Origin: Eubacteriales bacterium
Lineage (GTDB): Bacteria; Bacillota; Clostridia; Christensenellales; UBA1750
Direction of reading: 5' to 3'
NCBI GenBank assembly: GCA_031553225.1
Contig: JAVBLU010000042.1
Coordinates: forward strand, 5,578 to 69,577
DNA length: 64,000 nucleotides
Position numbers and translations under genes: made by a program
In this document: positions 1-7,792 of the stretch, in pieces
Layout of the letters: each line of letters starts with the position of its first letter
Numbering within the stretch: position 1 is the first letter of the stretch
The notes under the pieces: model-generated
The model's input: the letters and a program-made list of their open reading frames with translations, nothing else
The model's database searches: none
What the model was told of the DNA's origin: nothing

Positions 1-466
1 CTGCCTGCGCGGGTTTTCCGGCGGGCGGCACCGTCTTCCCCGCGTGCAGCGCGGCTTTGGCCTGCTCGGCCTTGCGCTGCACGATGGCGGCCTGCTCGCG
101 GGCCTGCTGTTCGCGCGCGGACACCCGCTCGCCCTCCTGCGCCGCTGCCGCCGCCACGGCCTGCTCGCGGGCTTCCTGGGCGGCGCGCTCGTGCTGGGCG
201 GCCACAACCTCGCGGGCAATGGCCACGGCCTTCTCCTGGTTCGTCATGGGTTTTTTGTTCTTTCGGCCGCCTTTGTCGTGCGGGTTTCTGGCGGGCAAAT
301 CCTCGTAGGCCACGGCCACCTCCGTAAGGGGCCGCATAAAGAAGCCGAGGAACCCGGGCTGGCGCAGGCTCTTCGTGGAGAGGATCACCGCGTCCGAGCC
401 CAGCTCGCGGCGCACGCGCGCCATAATCTCCGTCATGTTCCCGCCCGTATAGCGCTTTACGTTCAC
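1..466 (-). CDS. flhF: Flagellar biosynthesis GTPase FlhF, N-terminal part only (gene runs off the left edge)
   Basis: Not in the ORF track because it is truncated. Reverse-strand translation from the GTG at 466 gives VNVKRYTGGNMTEIMARVRRELGSDAVILSTKSLRQPGFLGFFMRP..., the conserved FlhF N-terminus. The start overlaps the flhA stop (GTGA), and the order flhA-flhF is canonical. Confidence 0.75.
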   Translation of the reverse strand, partial: MNVKRYTGGNMTEIMARVRRELGSDAVILSTKSLRQPGFLGFFMRPLTEVAVAYEDLPARNPHDKGGRKNKKPMTNQEKAVAIAREVVAAQHERAAQEAREQAVAAAAAQEGERVSAREQQAREQAAIVQRKAEQAKAALHAGKTVPPAGKPAQA

Positions 467-2493
467 GCGATGCTCACCATCCCGTCGGCAATGATGTCAA
501 TGTTCGGCTCCAGCTCGTTGTACGACAAAACGATCAGATCGGGCGCCAGCTGCTCCACCATGCGCTTAAAGTGCCGGCGTACGTTGGGCGCCGTAAGCAC
601 AACCGGCTGCATGCCAAGCCCGGTCACGCGCTCTACCGCGCCCTTCAGCGACAGAAGGATGCGCTGCATGTTCTCCGGCTCCATGGCCACGTACGCGCCG
701 CCCTCGGTTTGGCGCACGCGCTCGGCGATCATCCGCTCCAGGGAAGCGTCCAGGGTGATCACATGGGCCTTGCCGTCCGGAACGAAGCGTCGGGTGATCG
801 TGCGCTGCAGCGCCTGGCGCACGTAGTCGGTTAATATGGCCGTGTCGCGGGTGATATGCCCATAGTCGCCCAGCGTCTCCAGAATGCTGCCCAGGTCGCG
901 GATGGGAATGTTCTCCTGAAGCAGGGCGGAGAGAATCTTCTGCAGCTCGCCCAGCGAGAACATCTTGGGCACCACGTCCTCCACCAGGGCGGGCTGGGAC
1001 TGTTTGAGGTTCTCCACAAGCGTGAGCACCTGCTGGCGGTTGAGCAGCTCGTGCCCGTGGCGCTTGATGATCTCGGTGAGGTGCGTTGCGATGACGGAAG
1101 GGGCGTCGATGGTCGTGTAGCCCATCAGCTCGGCGCGCTCGCGGTCCTTCTCGGTAATCCAAAGGGCCGGCAGGCCGAAGGTGGGGTCGGTGGTGGGAAT
1201 GCCGGGAATGCTGCCCGTGGCCTGGCCGGGGTTGAGCGCCAGGAAGTGGTCAGTCATCACTTCGCCGCGCGCCACCTCCACGCCCTTGATTTTGATAACG
1301 TACTCGTTTGTGGAGATTTGAATGTTGTCGCGGAAGCGGATGACGGGCATGATGATGCCCATCTCCAGCGCGGCCTGGCGGCGGATCATGATGACGCGGT
1401 CGGGCAGGTCGCCCCCCTGCGAGGGATCGAGCATGGGCAAAATGGCGTATCCCAGCTCCACGTCGATGGGGTTCACCTGCAAAAGGCTGGTAACGCTCTC
1501 GGGCTTGCGCTTCTCGGCCGCCAGCTCCTCGGCCTCGTCCACGGCCGCGACGGGCGCGGGCCGCGCCTGACGCGACACGAGCACGCCGATGGCGGCGAAC
1601 ACGCCGCACAGCAGCCACATGGGGATCATGGGCATGTCGCCCACGAAGGACAGCAGAAACACCATGCCGGCCGTTACGTACATCACGATGGGCGAGGAGA
1701 ACAGCTGCCGGAAAAAGTCGCTGCCCATGGTGCCGTCCGAGTCGGACCGGGTGACGATGACGCCCATGGAGGTGGAAATGAGCAGCGCGGGGATCTGGGA
1801 CACCAGCCCGTCGCCCACGGTGGCGGTCAGGTACACGGGCAGGGCCTGGCTGATGTCCATGCCGCTCATGGCGCCGATGATGATGCCCCCAACGGCGTTG
1901 ATGGCCACCACGATGAGCGCCACGATGGCGTCGCCCTTGACGAATTTGCTCGCGCCGTCCATGGCCCCGTAAAAGCTGGCCTCGCGCTGCACCTGCGTGC
2001 GGCGCGCTTTGGCGCCCTGCTCGTCGATCAGGCCGGTGTTCAGGTCGGCGTCGATGGCCATCTGCTTGCCGGGCATGGCGTCCAGGGTGAAGCGGGCAGC
2101 CACCTCCGACACGCGCTCTGCGCCCTTAGTGATGACGATGAACTGTATGATGACGATGATGAGGAAGATGATAATGCCCACCACGTAGTTGCCGCCGATG
2201 ACGATGGATCCGAAGGTATGGATGACGTGGCCGGCCTGCCCGCCGTTGCCCAGAATGAGGCGGGTGGAGGAGATGGTGAGCGCCAGCCGCAGAAGCGTTG
2301 TGATGAGCAGCAGGGACGGGAAGATGGAGAAATCCAGCGTGGTGCGGATGTTGAGCGTCCCGACGAGGATGATGATGGAGAGCGCGATGTTGAGAATCAG
2401 CATCACGTCCAGCACTCCTGCGGGCAGCGGCAGCACGATGAGCATGATAACGCCCAGCACAACCACCGCCAGGGCTACGTCGGTATAGCGCAC
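463..2493 (-). CDS. flhA: Flagellar type III export gate protein FlhA
   Basis: 676-aa ORF. N-terminal TM region with FHIPEP-type motifs (ITKGAERVSEVAARFTLDAMPGKQMAIDADL), followed by a cytoplasmic domain. GTG start preceded by AAGAAGGAGAAGG. Confidence 0.97.
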   Translation of the reverse strand: MRYTDVALAVVVLGVIMLIVLPLPAGVLDVMLILNIALSIIILVGTLNIRTTLDFSIFPSLLLITTLLRLALTISSTRLILGNGGQAGHVIHTFGSIVIGGNYVVGIIIFLIIVIIQFIVITKGAERVSEVAARFTLDAMPGKQMAIDADLNTGLIDEQGAKARRTQVQREASFYGAMDGASKFVKGDAIVALIVVAINAVGGIIIGAMSGMDISQALPVYLTATVGDGLVSQIPALLISTSMGVIVTRSDSDGTMGSDFFRQLFSSPIVMYVTAGMVFLLSFVGDMPMIPMWLLCGVFAAIGVLVSRQARPAPVAAVDEAEELAAEKRKPESVTSLLQVNPIDVELGYAILPMLDPSQGGDLPDRVIMIRRQAALEMGIIMPVIRFRDNIQISTNEYVIKIKGVEVARGEVMTDHFLALNPGQATGSIPGIPTTDPTFGLPALWITEKDRERAELMGYTTIDAPSVIATHLTEIIKRHGHELLNRQQVLTLVENLKQSQPALVEDVVPKMFSLGELQKILSALLQENIPIRDLGSILETLGDYGHITRDTAILTDYVRQALQRTITRRFVPDGKAHVITLDASLERMIAERVRQTEGGAYVAMEPENMQRILLSLKGAVERVTGLGMQPVVLTAPNVRRHFKRMVEQLAPDLIVLSYNELEPNIDIIADGMVSIA

Positions 2494-2609
2494 GATCCTT
2501 CTCCTTCTTTTCGCCGTCCGGAACGGCGCGCGATATGTGGCTTACGGCCGATGCACGGCCCGAGGCGGTTTTTACGCGTCCCGCCGGCGCAAACGTCGTG
2601 TCTTGCGGG

Positions 2610-3698
2610 CTACACGGCCCCGCGCGCGGGGCGCGCGCCTTTGGGCCGCAGGCGGTAGATGTAGGCGAGCACCTCGGCCACGGCCTGGTACAGATCCTCG
2701 GGCACTTCCTCGCCCACCTCGCACAGGCTGTACAGGGTGCGGGCCAGCTCGCGGTTCTCCACCAGCTCGATGCCGTGCTGGGCGGCCGCCTGCCGGATGC
2801 GCTGCGCCACGAAATCCGCGCCTTTGGCGAGCACAACCGGGGCCTTATCCAGCTTCTCGTCGTAGCGCAGGGCCACGGCGTAGTGCGTGGGGTTCGTGAC
2901 GACCACGTCGGCCTGAGGCACCATCTGCATCATGCGCGCGGCGGACATCTGCCGCTGCTTTTGCTTGATGCGGCTCTTAATTTCGGGGTTGCCCTCGGTC
3001 AGCTTCCACTCGTCCTTCACTTCCTGCTTGGTCATGCGCAGATCCTTCTCAAACTTCCACCACTGATAGGCGAAGTCCGCCGCGCCAACGATCAGCATCG
3101 CCACCCCGATGCGCAGCCCCAGGTCCAGCGCAAACGCCATGGTGCGTTCCATGGCCGACACGGGCGCGGCGGTAATCAGCGAGGGTAGGACCGCCGCGAA
3201 GGAGGTGAGGCTGCCCATACACATGGCAACAATGACGGCGAGCTTGCCAACGGCCTTGAGCAGCTCCATGACCGAGCGCGAGGAAAACACGCGCTTGAAG
3301 CCCTGCATGGGGTTGATGCGGGAGAACTTGGGCGTTAAGGTTTTTGTGGTAAACAAAAACCCCACCTGCATGTAGTTGACGAGCAGCGCGCCCACCATCA
3401 CCGCGGCCAGCATGGGCAGAAGGATGAGCGCCATCTGCACCACGGCCTGCATAAAATAGGTGCCCACGTTGGCCATGGAGATCTCGCCGGCGCTTAGGTA
3501 CTGCGGGGACAAAAACCTCTGCATGACGCTTACGCTGTGGCTGCTGATATACGGCCAGGCCGCGCGCAGCACCGCGAAGGACAAAACGATGAGAAGCGAG
3601 GTATTCAACTCCTGGCTCTTGCGCACCTCGCCGCGCTCGCGCGCGTCCCGCCGCTTCTTTGGGGATGCGGGCTCGGTGCGCTCGCCCGATTGGCTCAT
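2610..3698 (-). CDS. flhB: Flagellar export switch protein FlhB
   Basis: The ORF 2610..3725 contains VVVTNPTHYAVALRY (NPTH autocleavage site) and EVKDEWKLTEGNPEIKSRIKQKQR. I trimmed the start to the ATG at 3698 (MSQSGERTEP...), which forms an ATGA overlap with the fliR stop. Confidence 0.94.
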   Translation of the reverse strand: MSQSGERTEPASPKKRRDARERGEVRKSQELNTSLLIVLSFAVLRAAWPYISSHSVSVMQRFLSPQYLSAGEISMANVGTYFMQAVVQMALILLPMLAAVMVGALLVNYMQVGFLFTTKTLTPKFSRINPMQGFKRVFSSRSVMELLKAVGKLAVIVAMCMGSLTSFAAVLPSLITAAPVSAMERTMAFALDLGLRIGVAMLIVGAADFAYQWWKFEKDLRMTKQEVKDEWKLTEGNPEIKSRIKQKQRQMSAARMMQMVPQADVVVTNPTHYAVALRYDEKLDKAPVVLAKGADFVAQRIRQAAAQHGIELVENRELARTLYSLCEVGEEVPEDLYQAVAEVLAYIYRLRPKGARPARGAV

Positions 3699-4489
3699 GC
3701 CGGCACCAGCCCTTCCAGCATCCACTCAACGCTCTTGAACATGTGGTCGAAGATGGCGTTGCTCACCTGCACGTACGGCTGCATGAGCAGCATGATGAGC
3801 ATGAGGCCGAGAATGATCTTGATGGGCAGGCCCGCCACGTACATGTTCAGCTGGGGCACGGTGCGGATCATCACGCCGAGCACGGCCTCCAGCACCATCG
3901 CCCCGGCGATCACCGGCATGGCCACCTGAACGCCCAGCAAAAAAGCCTGTGCGAAGGCCTCAACGGCCGCGCGCGCCAGCAACGTGGCGCTAACGCCGAC
4001 CTGCCCGGCCGGAACCAGCAGCAGCGAGCTGCCCACCAGGGTAAAGAGCTTGTGGTGGCCGTTCACCGCAAAGAAGCACATGAGCAGCACTAGGTTGAGC
4101 AGGTTGCCGGTTAGGGGCACCTGAAGGTTGGACTGCGGGTCCAGAACGTTCACCATGCCAAAGCCCACCTGCATGTCGATGATGTGCCCGGCCGTGAAGG
4201 TAAGGGTGAAGTACAGGTTCGTGCAAAAGGCCAGAATCAGCCCGAAGAGCATCTCTTTGGCGCACAAGGCCGCGTACCCCAGAAGCGTGATGCCGGAAAA
4301 GTTTACGCTTTGGGGATACGCCACAAAGAACATGTACGAGAGCGCCAGGCAGAACCCCACCTTGATGGTGCGCGGCAGGGTGGTGCGCCCAAAGAGCGGC
4401 GATGAGATGATCAGCGCGCTCACCCGCAGCATAACGAGCAAAAAGTCCGCCATGCGGGGAATGGGCATCAGGTCGGTGATGAAGTCCAT
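3695..4489 (-). CDS. fliR: Flagellar export apparatus protein FliR
   Basis: 264-aa polytopic membrane ORF in the canonical fliP-fliQ-fliR-flhB position. Confidence 0.92.
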   Translation of the reverse strand: MDFITDLMPIPRMADFLLVMLRVSALIISSPLFGRTTLPRTIKVGFCLALSYMFFVAYPQSVNFSGITLLGYAALCAKEMLFGLILAFCTNLYFTLTFTAGHIIDMQVGFGMVNVLDPQSNLQVPLTGNLLNLVLLMCFFAVNGHHKLFTLVGSSLLLVPAGQVGVSATLLARAAVEAFAQAFLLGVQVAMPVIAGAMVLEAVLGVMIRTVPQLNMYVAGLPIKIILGLMLIMLLMQPYVQVSNAIFDHMFKSVEWMLEGLVPA

Positions 4490-4492
4490 CGC

Positions 4493-4777
4493 CTAGACGA
4501 AGGGCGGCAGAAGCCCCGCAAGGCGCGTATACTCGTACACGCGCAGGAAGAACCCCTGCAGCTGCGAGAGCATCCAGCTGCCAAACAGGATGAGCGTGAG
4601 CAGGATGCAGGCGATCTTGGGCACAAAGGCCAGGGTTTGCTCGTTGATCTGCGTGGTCGCCTGAAAAATGGACACGAGCACGCCCACCACAAGCGCCACA
4701 AGAAGCGGGGGCGCGGCGGTCTTCAGCGCCGTAACGATGGCGTCCTGCATGATGAGCAGCACGGTTCCCTGCGACAT
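4493..4777 (-). CDS. fliQ: Flagellar export apparatus protein FliQ
   Basis: ORF 4493..4834 trimmed to MSQGTVLLIMQDAIVTALKTAAPPLL... (94 aa, two TM helices), which is typical FliQ size and sequence. Confidence 0.92.
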   Translation of the reverse strand: MSQGTVLLIMQDAIVTALKTAAPPLLVALVVGVLVSIFQATTQINEQTLAFVPKIACILLTLILFGSWMLSQLQGFFLRVYEYTRLAGLLPPFV

Positions 4778-4861
4778 GCCCTCCCCCCCTCTCCCGATAC
4801 TCCCGATGGAACCAAAGCATCGCTCATAGCGCATTGCGCGGCGTAAGGGGCGACGCGCCCG

Positions 4862-5746
4862 TCACAGGAAACTGGTGATCAGCGTGCCGATGGTGAGCTG
4901 CCAGCCGTCAACCAGGATGAATAGCAGCACCTTGAAGGGCAGGGAGATCATGGAGGGCGGCAGCATCATCATGCCCATGGACATGAGGGTGGACGCCACG
5001 ACCATGTCGATGACGATAAAGGGGATGTAGATCATGAACCCGATATAGAACGCCCGCTTGATTTCGCTGGTGATGAAGGCGGGCACGGCCACGCGGAAGG
5101 GGATGTCGGAGGCGGACTCCACCGGACCGATCTGGGCGGTGTCCATAAAGAACTTCATGTCCGAGGAGTAGGTCTGGCGCATCATAAATTCGGAAATGGG
5201 CGCCTCGGCGCGCCGGGCGGCCTCCTGCATGGTGATCTCGCCCGCGGCCATGGGCTGGTAGGCGTCGGCGTACACCTTGTCCACCACCGGCGACATGACG
5301 AACAGCGTGAGGAACAGCGCAAGCCCCACGAGCACCTGGTTGGGCGGCATGCTCTGCGTGCCCATGGCCGTGCGCGTGAAGCTGAGCACGATGATGATGC
5401 GCGTGAAGCCCGTGAGCATGATGAGCAGCGAGGGCGCAAGCGAGAGCACCGTAAGCAGAATGGCGATGTTCGTGGTGGTGGCGTTGTCGCCCGAGAGTAG
5501 CTTGTCCAAAAAGGACGGGGCGGGCGTCGTCAGCGGCGCGGCCGTGGAGGTTGGGGCGATGGTGCCCATGGGCGCAAGCGTTGGCGCGGGCGCGCCGGTG
5601 GGCCTGGGCGTTGCAAGCGGCGCCACGGTGGGCACGGGCGCGGGCGCCGGGGTGGGCATGCCGGCCGCGGCAAGCGCGCCCGCGGGCAGGGCCATAAGCG
5701 CTGCCAACGCCAGCAACACGGCGGCGGCGCGGCGCAACGCGCGCAT
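4862..5746 (-). CDS. fliP: Flagellar export apparatus protein FliP with a signal peptide and a Pro/Ala/Thr-rich N-terminal linker
   Basis: FliP core motifs are present (ILLTVLSLAPSLLIMLTGFTRIIIVLSFTRTAMGTQSMPPNQVL; GFMIYIPFIVIDMVVASTLMSMGMMMLPP). The start is either the ATG at 5746 or the GTG at 5749, and both overlap the fliO stop. Confidence 0.95.
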   Translation of the reverse strand: MRALRRAAAVLLALAALMALPAGALAAAGMPTPAPAPVPTVAPLATPRPTGAPAPTLAPMGTIAPTSTAAPLTTPAPSFLDKLLSGDNATTTNIAILLTVLSLAPSLLIMLTGFTRIIIVLSFTRTAMGTQSMPPNQVLVGLALFLTLFVMSPVVDKVYADAYQPMAAGEITMQEAARRAEAPISEFMMRQTYSSDMKFFMDTAQIGPVESASDIPFRVAVPAFITSEIKRAFYIGFMIYIPFIVIDMVVASTLMSMGMMMLPPSMISLPFKVLLFILVDGWQLTIGTLITSFL

Positions 5747-6297
5747 CACGGCCGCTCCTGATCGCGGCGCTCGCTCAGGCGGTTTTTGCGCTGGGACACC
5801 AAGCGCTCCAGTTCGCCCAGCTGCTCGGCGGAGGCATCCTCGTCGCTCGCTGGCCTTGGCCGGGGGGCGACCCCCATCCTTTTCAGCTGCTGGGCGATCA
5901 CGCTTTGAAAGCTGAGCGTCTCGCCCTGCGGCAAAAGCGCCGCGTCGTCCACAATGCCCGGATCAAGCTTGTCCAGCAAGATGGCGCCGGCCTGTGTGAC
6001 GGCCACCAGATACAGCTGGTCGGCCACGCGCAGCAGCACGATTCCGCTGCCTTTATCCAGCGCAACGCGGTCTACCACCTTCATCACGGCGCTGCTTCCG
6101 GTCATGCGCATCGACCGGCGTGAGTACCACCGCGTTGCGTAGTAGGCCGCGACAAGCACGACAAGTATAAAAAAGATCGTCAGCCACAGGCTCTGGCCGC
6201 CGCCCGCAAAGCCGCCCCCAAGGGACGGGTCGGGCGCAAGCGGCAGGTTTGTGGGCAGGGGCGCCGATAGGAGCAGCGCAAGCTCAAGCGGACGCAT
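5746..6297 (-). CDS. fliO: Flagellar protein FliO/FliZ family
   Basis: 183-aa ORF with a single TM helix (LWLTIFFILVVLVAAYYATRWY) followed by VVDRVALDKGSGIVLLRVADQLYLVAVT. It lies directly upstream of fliP. Confidence 0.7.
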   Translation of the reverse strand: MRPLELALLLSAPLPTNLPLAPDPSLGGGFAGGGQSLWLTIFFILVVLVAAYYATRWYSRRSMRMTGSSAVMKVVDRVALDKGSGIVLLRVADQLYLVAVTQAGAILLDKLDPGIVDDAALLPQGETLSFQSVIAQQLKRMGVAPRPRPASDEDASAEQLGELERLVSQRKNRLSERRDQERP

Positions 6298-6331
6298 CGC
6301 ATCACTTCCCGTACATCGCTAGCCGGCTCTG

Positions 6332-6649
6332 TTACACCTGCATGCGCATAATTTCGCTGTAAGCGTCCACGCATTTGTTGCGCACCTGCAGGGTAAGCCG
6401 CAAGGCGTTCTCCGCCTTCACGGCGGCGATCATGGCGGTGTGCAGGTCCTGGGCGTTGCCGTTCACCAGGTCCAGCGTGTTCAGCTGATCCTGCAGCTCG
6501 GTCTCGTTCGTGTTGTCCAGCAAGGACGAGAGCATGGAGGAAAAGTCCGCATGCCCTTCGCCGGAGGCCGCGGCCGCCCCTTTGGCGTGGTTCGCCTGGC
6601 GTACGTTGGCGGCGGTAAAGAATTCGGTTGCGCCCAACAGCTTATCCAT
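6332..6649 (-). CDS. fliE: Flagellar hook-basal body protein FliE
   Basis: 105 aa with a FliE-like C-terminus (DLHTAMIAAVKAENALRLTLQVRNKCVDAYSEIMRMQV). It follows flgB-flgC. Confidence 0.85.
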   Translation of the reverse strand: MDKLLGATEFFTAANVRQANHAKGAAAASGEGHADFSSMLSSLLDNTNETELQDQLNTLDLVNGNAQDLHTAMIAAVKAENALRLTLQVRNKCVDAYSEIMRMQV

Positions 6650-6671
6650 ATCGCTTCACACCGTCCTTCGT

Positions 6672-7112
6672 CTACCGCGCGATGTCCAGCGCGCGGGAGT
6701 TCATGGCCTTCACGGCCTCCAGGGTGGTGACGTTCGCCTCGTAGGAGCGGTACGCGCCCATCATGTCCACCATCTCGGTCACGGTGTTCACGTTGGGCAG
6801 GCGCACGTAGCCGTCGGCCTCTGCGTCGGGGTGCGAGGGATCATACTTGAGCTGGAAGGGGGCGGGATCCTCCACCACCTGCGTCACGCGCACGCCGCGG
6901 CCGGGCAGCGGCTCCTGCCGGCTTCTGGCGCGCTGAAGGTGCGTGGCGAAACCCTCGCGTTCCTGAAACACCACGGCGCGGCGGCGGTAGGTTCCCCCCT
7001 CCGCCGTGCGGGTGGTTTGGGCGTTGGCGACGTTCTGGGCGATCACGTCCATGCGGAAACGCTGTGCGGTCAGCCCGGAAGCGCTGATGTCCATAGAAGA
7101 TAAAAACGCCAT
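6672..7112 (-). CDS. flgC: Flagellar basal-body rod protein FlgC
   Basis: MAFLSSMDISASGLTAQRFRMDVIAQNVANAQTT... and the C-terminal VNTVTEMVDMMGAYRSYEANV are classic FlgC sequence. Confidence 0.95.
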   Translation of the reverse strand: MAFLSSMDISASGLTAQRFRMDVIAQNVANAQTTRTAEGGTYRRRAVVFQEREGFATHLQRARSRQEPLPGRGVRVTQVVEDPAPFQLKYDPSHPDAEADGYVRLPNVNTVTEMVDMMGAYRSYEANVTTLEAVKAMNSRALDIAR

Positions 7113-7118
7113 AGCCGT

Positions 7119-7523
7119 TTACCTCCCCTCGCTGATCGCCAGACGGAGCCGCCCGTATTGGCTGGTCAGCTTTTGAGCCAATGCATTATAGTACAGCGTG
7201 TTGCGCGCCAGCTCGTTCATCTCATATTCAATGTCCACATTGTTTTGATCGTAGCGATGAAGCGTTTGAATGTTGTCGTGCATCACGCCGTCGCCTTCCT
7301 CGCCGGAACGTATGTCGAAATGCTTGGCGCGCGTACGGCGGCCCACGAAGCCGCCTCCTTCGCCCTGCACGCGGGAGAGCACCTGCGAAAAAGGCACCGA
7401 GGAGCTCTTAAAGCCCGGGGTGTCGATGTTGGCGATGTTGTTGGCGATAACCTGAGCGCGCACAGAAGAGACGTCCAGCCCCCGCTGAAGCGCGTTCAAA
7501 CTGCGTACAAATTGATCGGCCAT
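7119..7523 (-). CDS. flgB: Flagellar basal-body rod protein FlgB
   Basis: 134 aa containing RAQVIANNIANIDTPGFK and C-terminal YYNALAQKLTSQYGRLRLAI. SD is GGGAGGA. Confidence 0.9.
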   Translation of the reverse strand: MADQFVRSLNALQRGLDVSSVRAQVIANNIANIDTPGFKSSSVPFSQVLSRVQGEGGGFVGRRTRAKHFDIRSGEEGDGVMHDNIQTLHRYDQNNVDIEYEMNELARNTLYYNALAQKLTSQYGRLRLAISEGR

Positions 7524-7628
7524 GGAGAATCCTCCCTGCGATGTGCAAGCGATGTGTGGATGATCGTCTTCCTTGGATATTTTGATGTTTGTGGAAAAGC
7601 AAATATTGTACTTTGAGGGTTATTATCG

Positions 7629-7637
7629 ATTATAACA
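7629..7637 (-). promoter_or_regulatory. Candidate extended -10 promoter (TGtTATAAT) for the flgB operon
   Basis: The reverse strand reads gcgTGTTATAATcgataa, inside an AT-rich island about 100 nt upstream of the flgB ATG. The -35 element is poor. Confidence 0.4.
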
Positions 7638-7792
7638 CGCATGCGCGCAAAATACTACTATTTTTCCAAAATAATAGCTTTTTCACTCGTTTTCCTTCCG
7701 CTTGCCCGCGCCCGTCCGTCACATTTTGGCATTTAAGCGGCGAGGAAGGAGCGAAGGGGAAAACCGGGCCTCCGGGCGGGTGGTGTTTCGCC

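Noticed and set aside
856-2658. 600-aa plus-strand ORF overlapping flhA
   Set aside because: It is antisense to a clearly conserved flhA. Its composition is extremely Gly/His/Arg/Asp/Ala-rich with no recognisable motifs. This is a typical shadow ORF in GC-rich DNA.
7524-7792. Searched the flgB leader for a c-di-GMP-I (GEMM) riboswitch or a C. difficile-style invertible flagellar switch
   Set aside because: There are no GGCAAACC/ACGCAAAGC-type GEMM cores, and no long inverted repeats flank the promoter. The leader is only about 100 nt.
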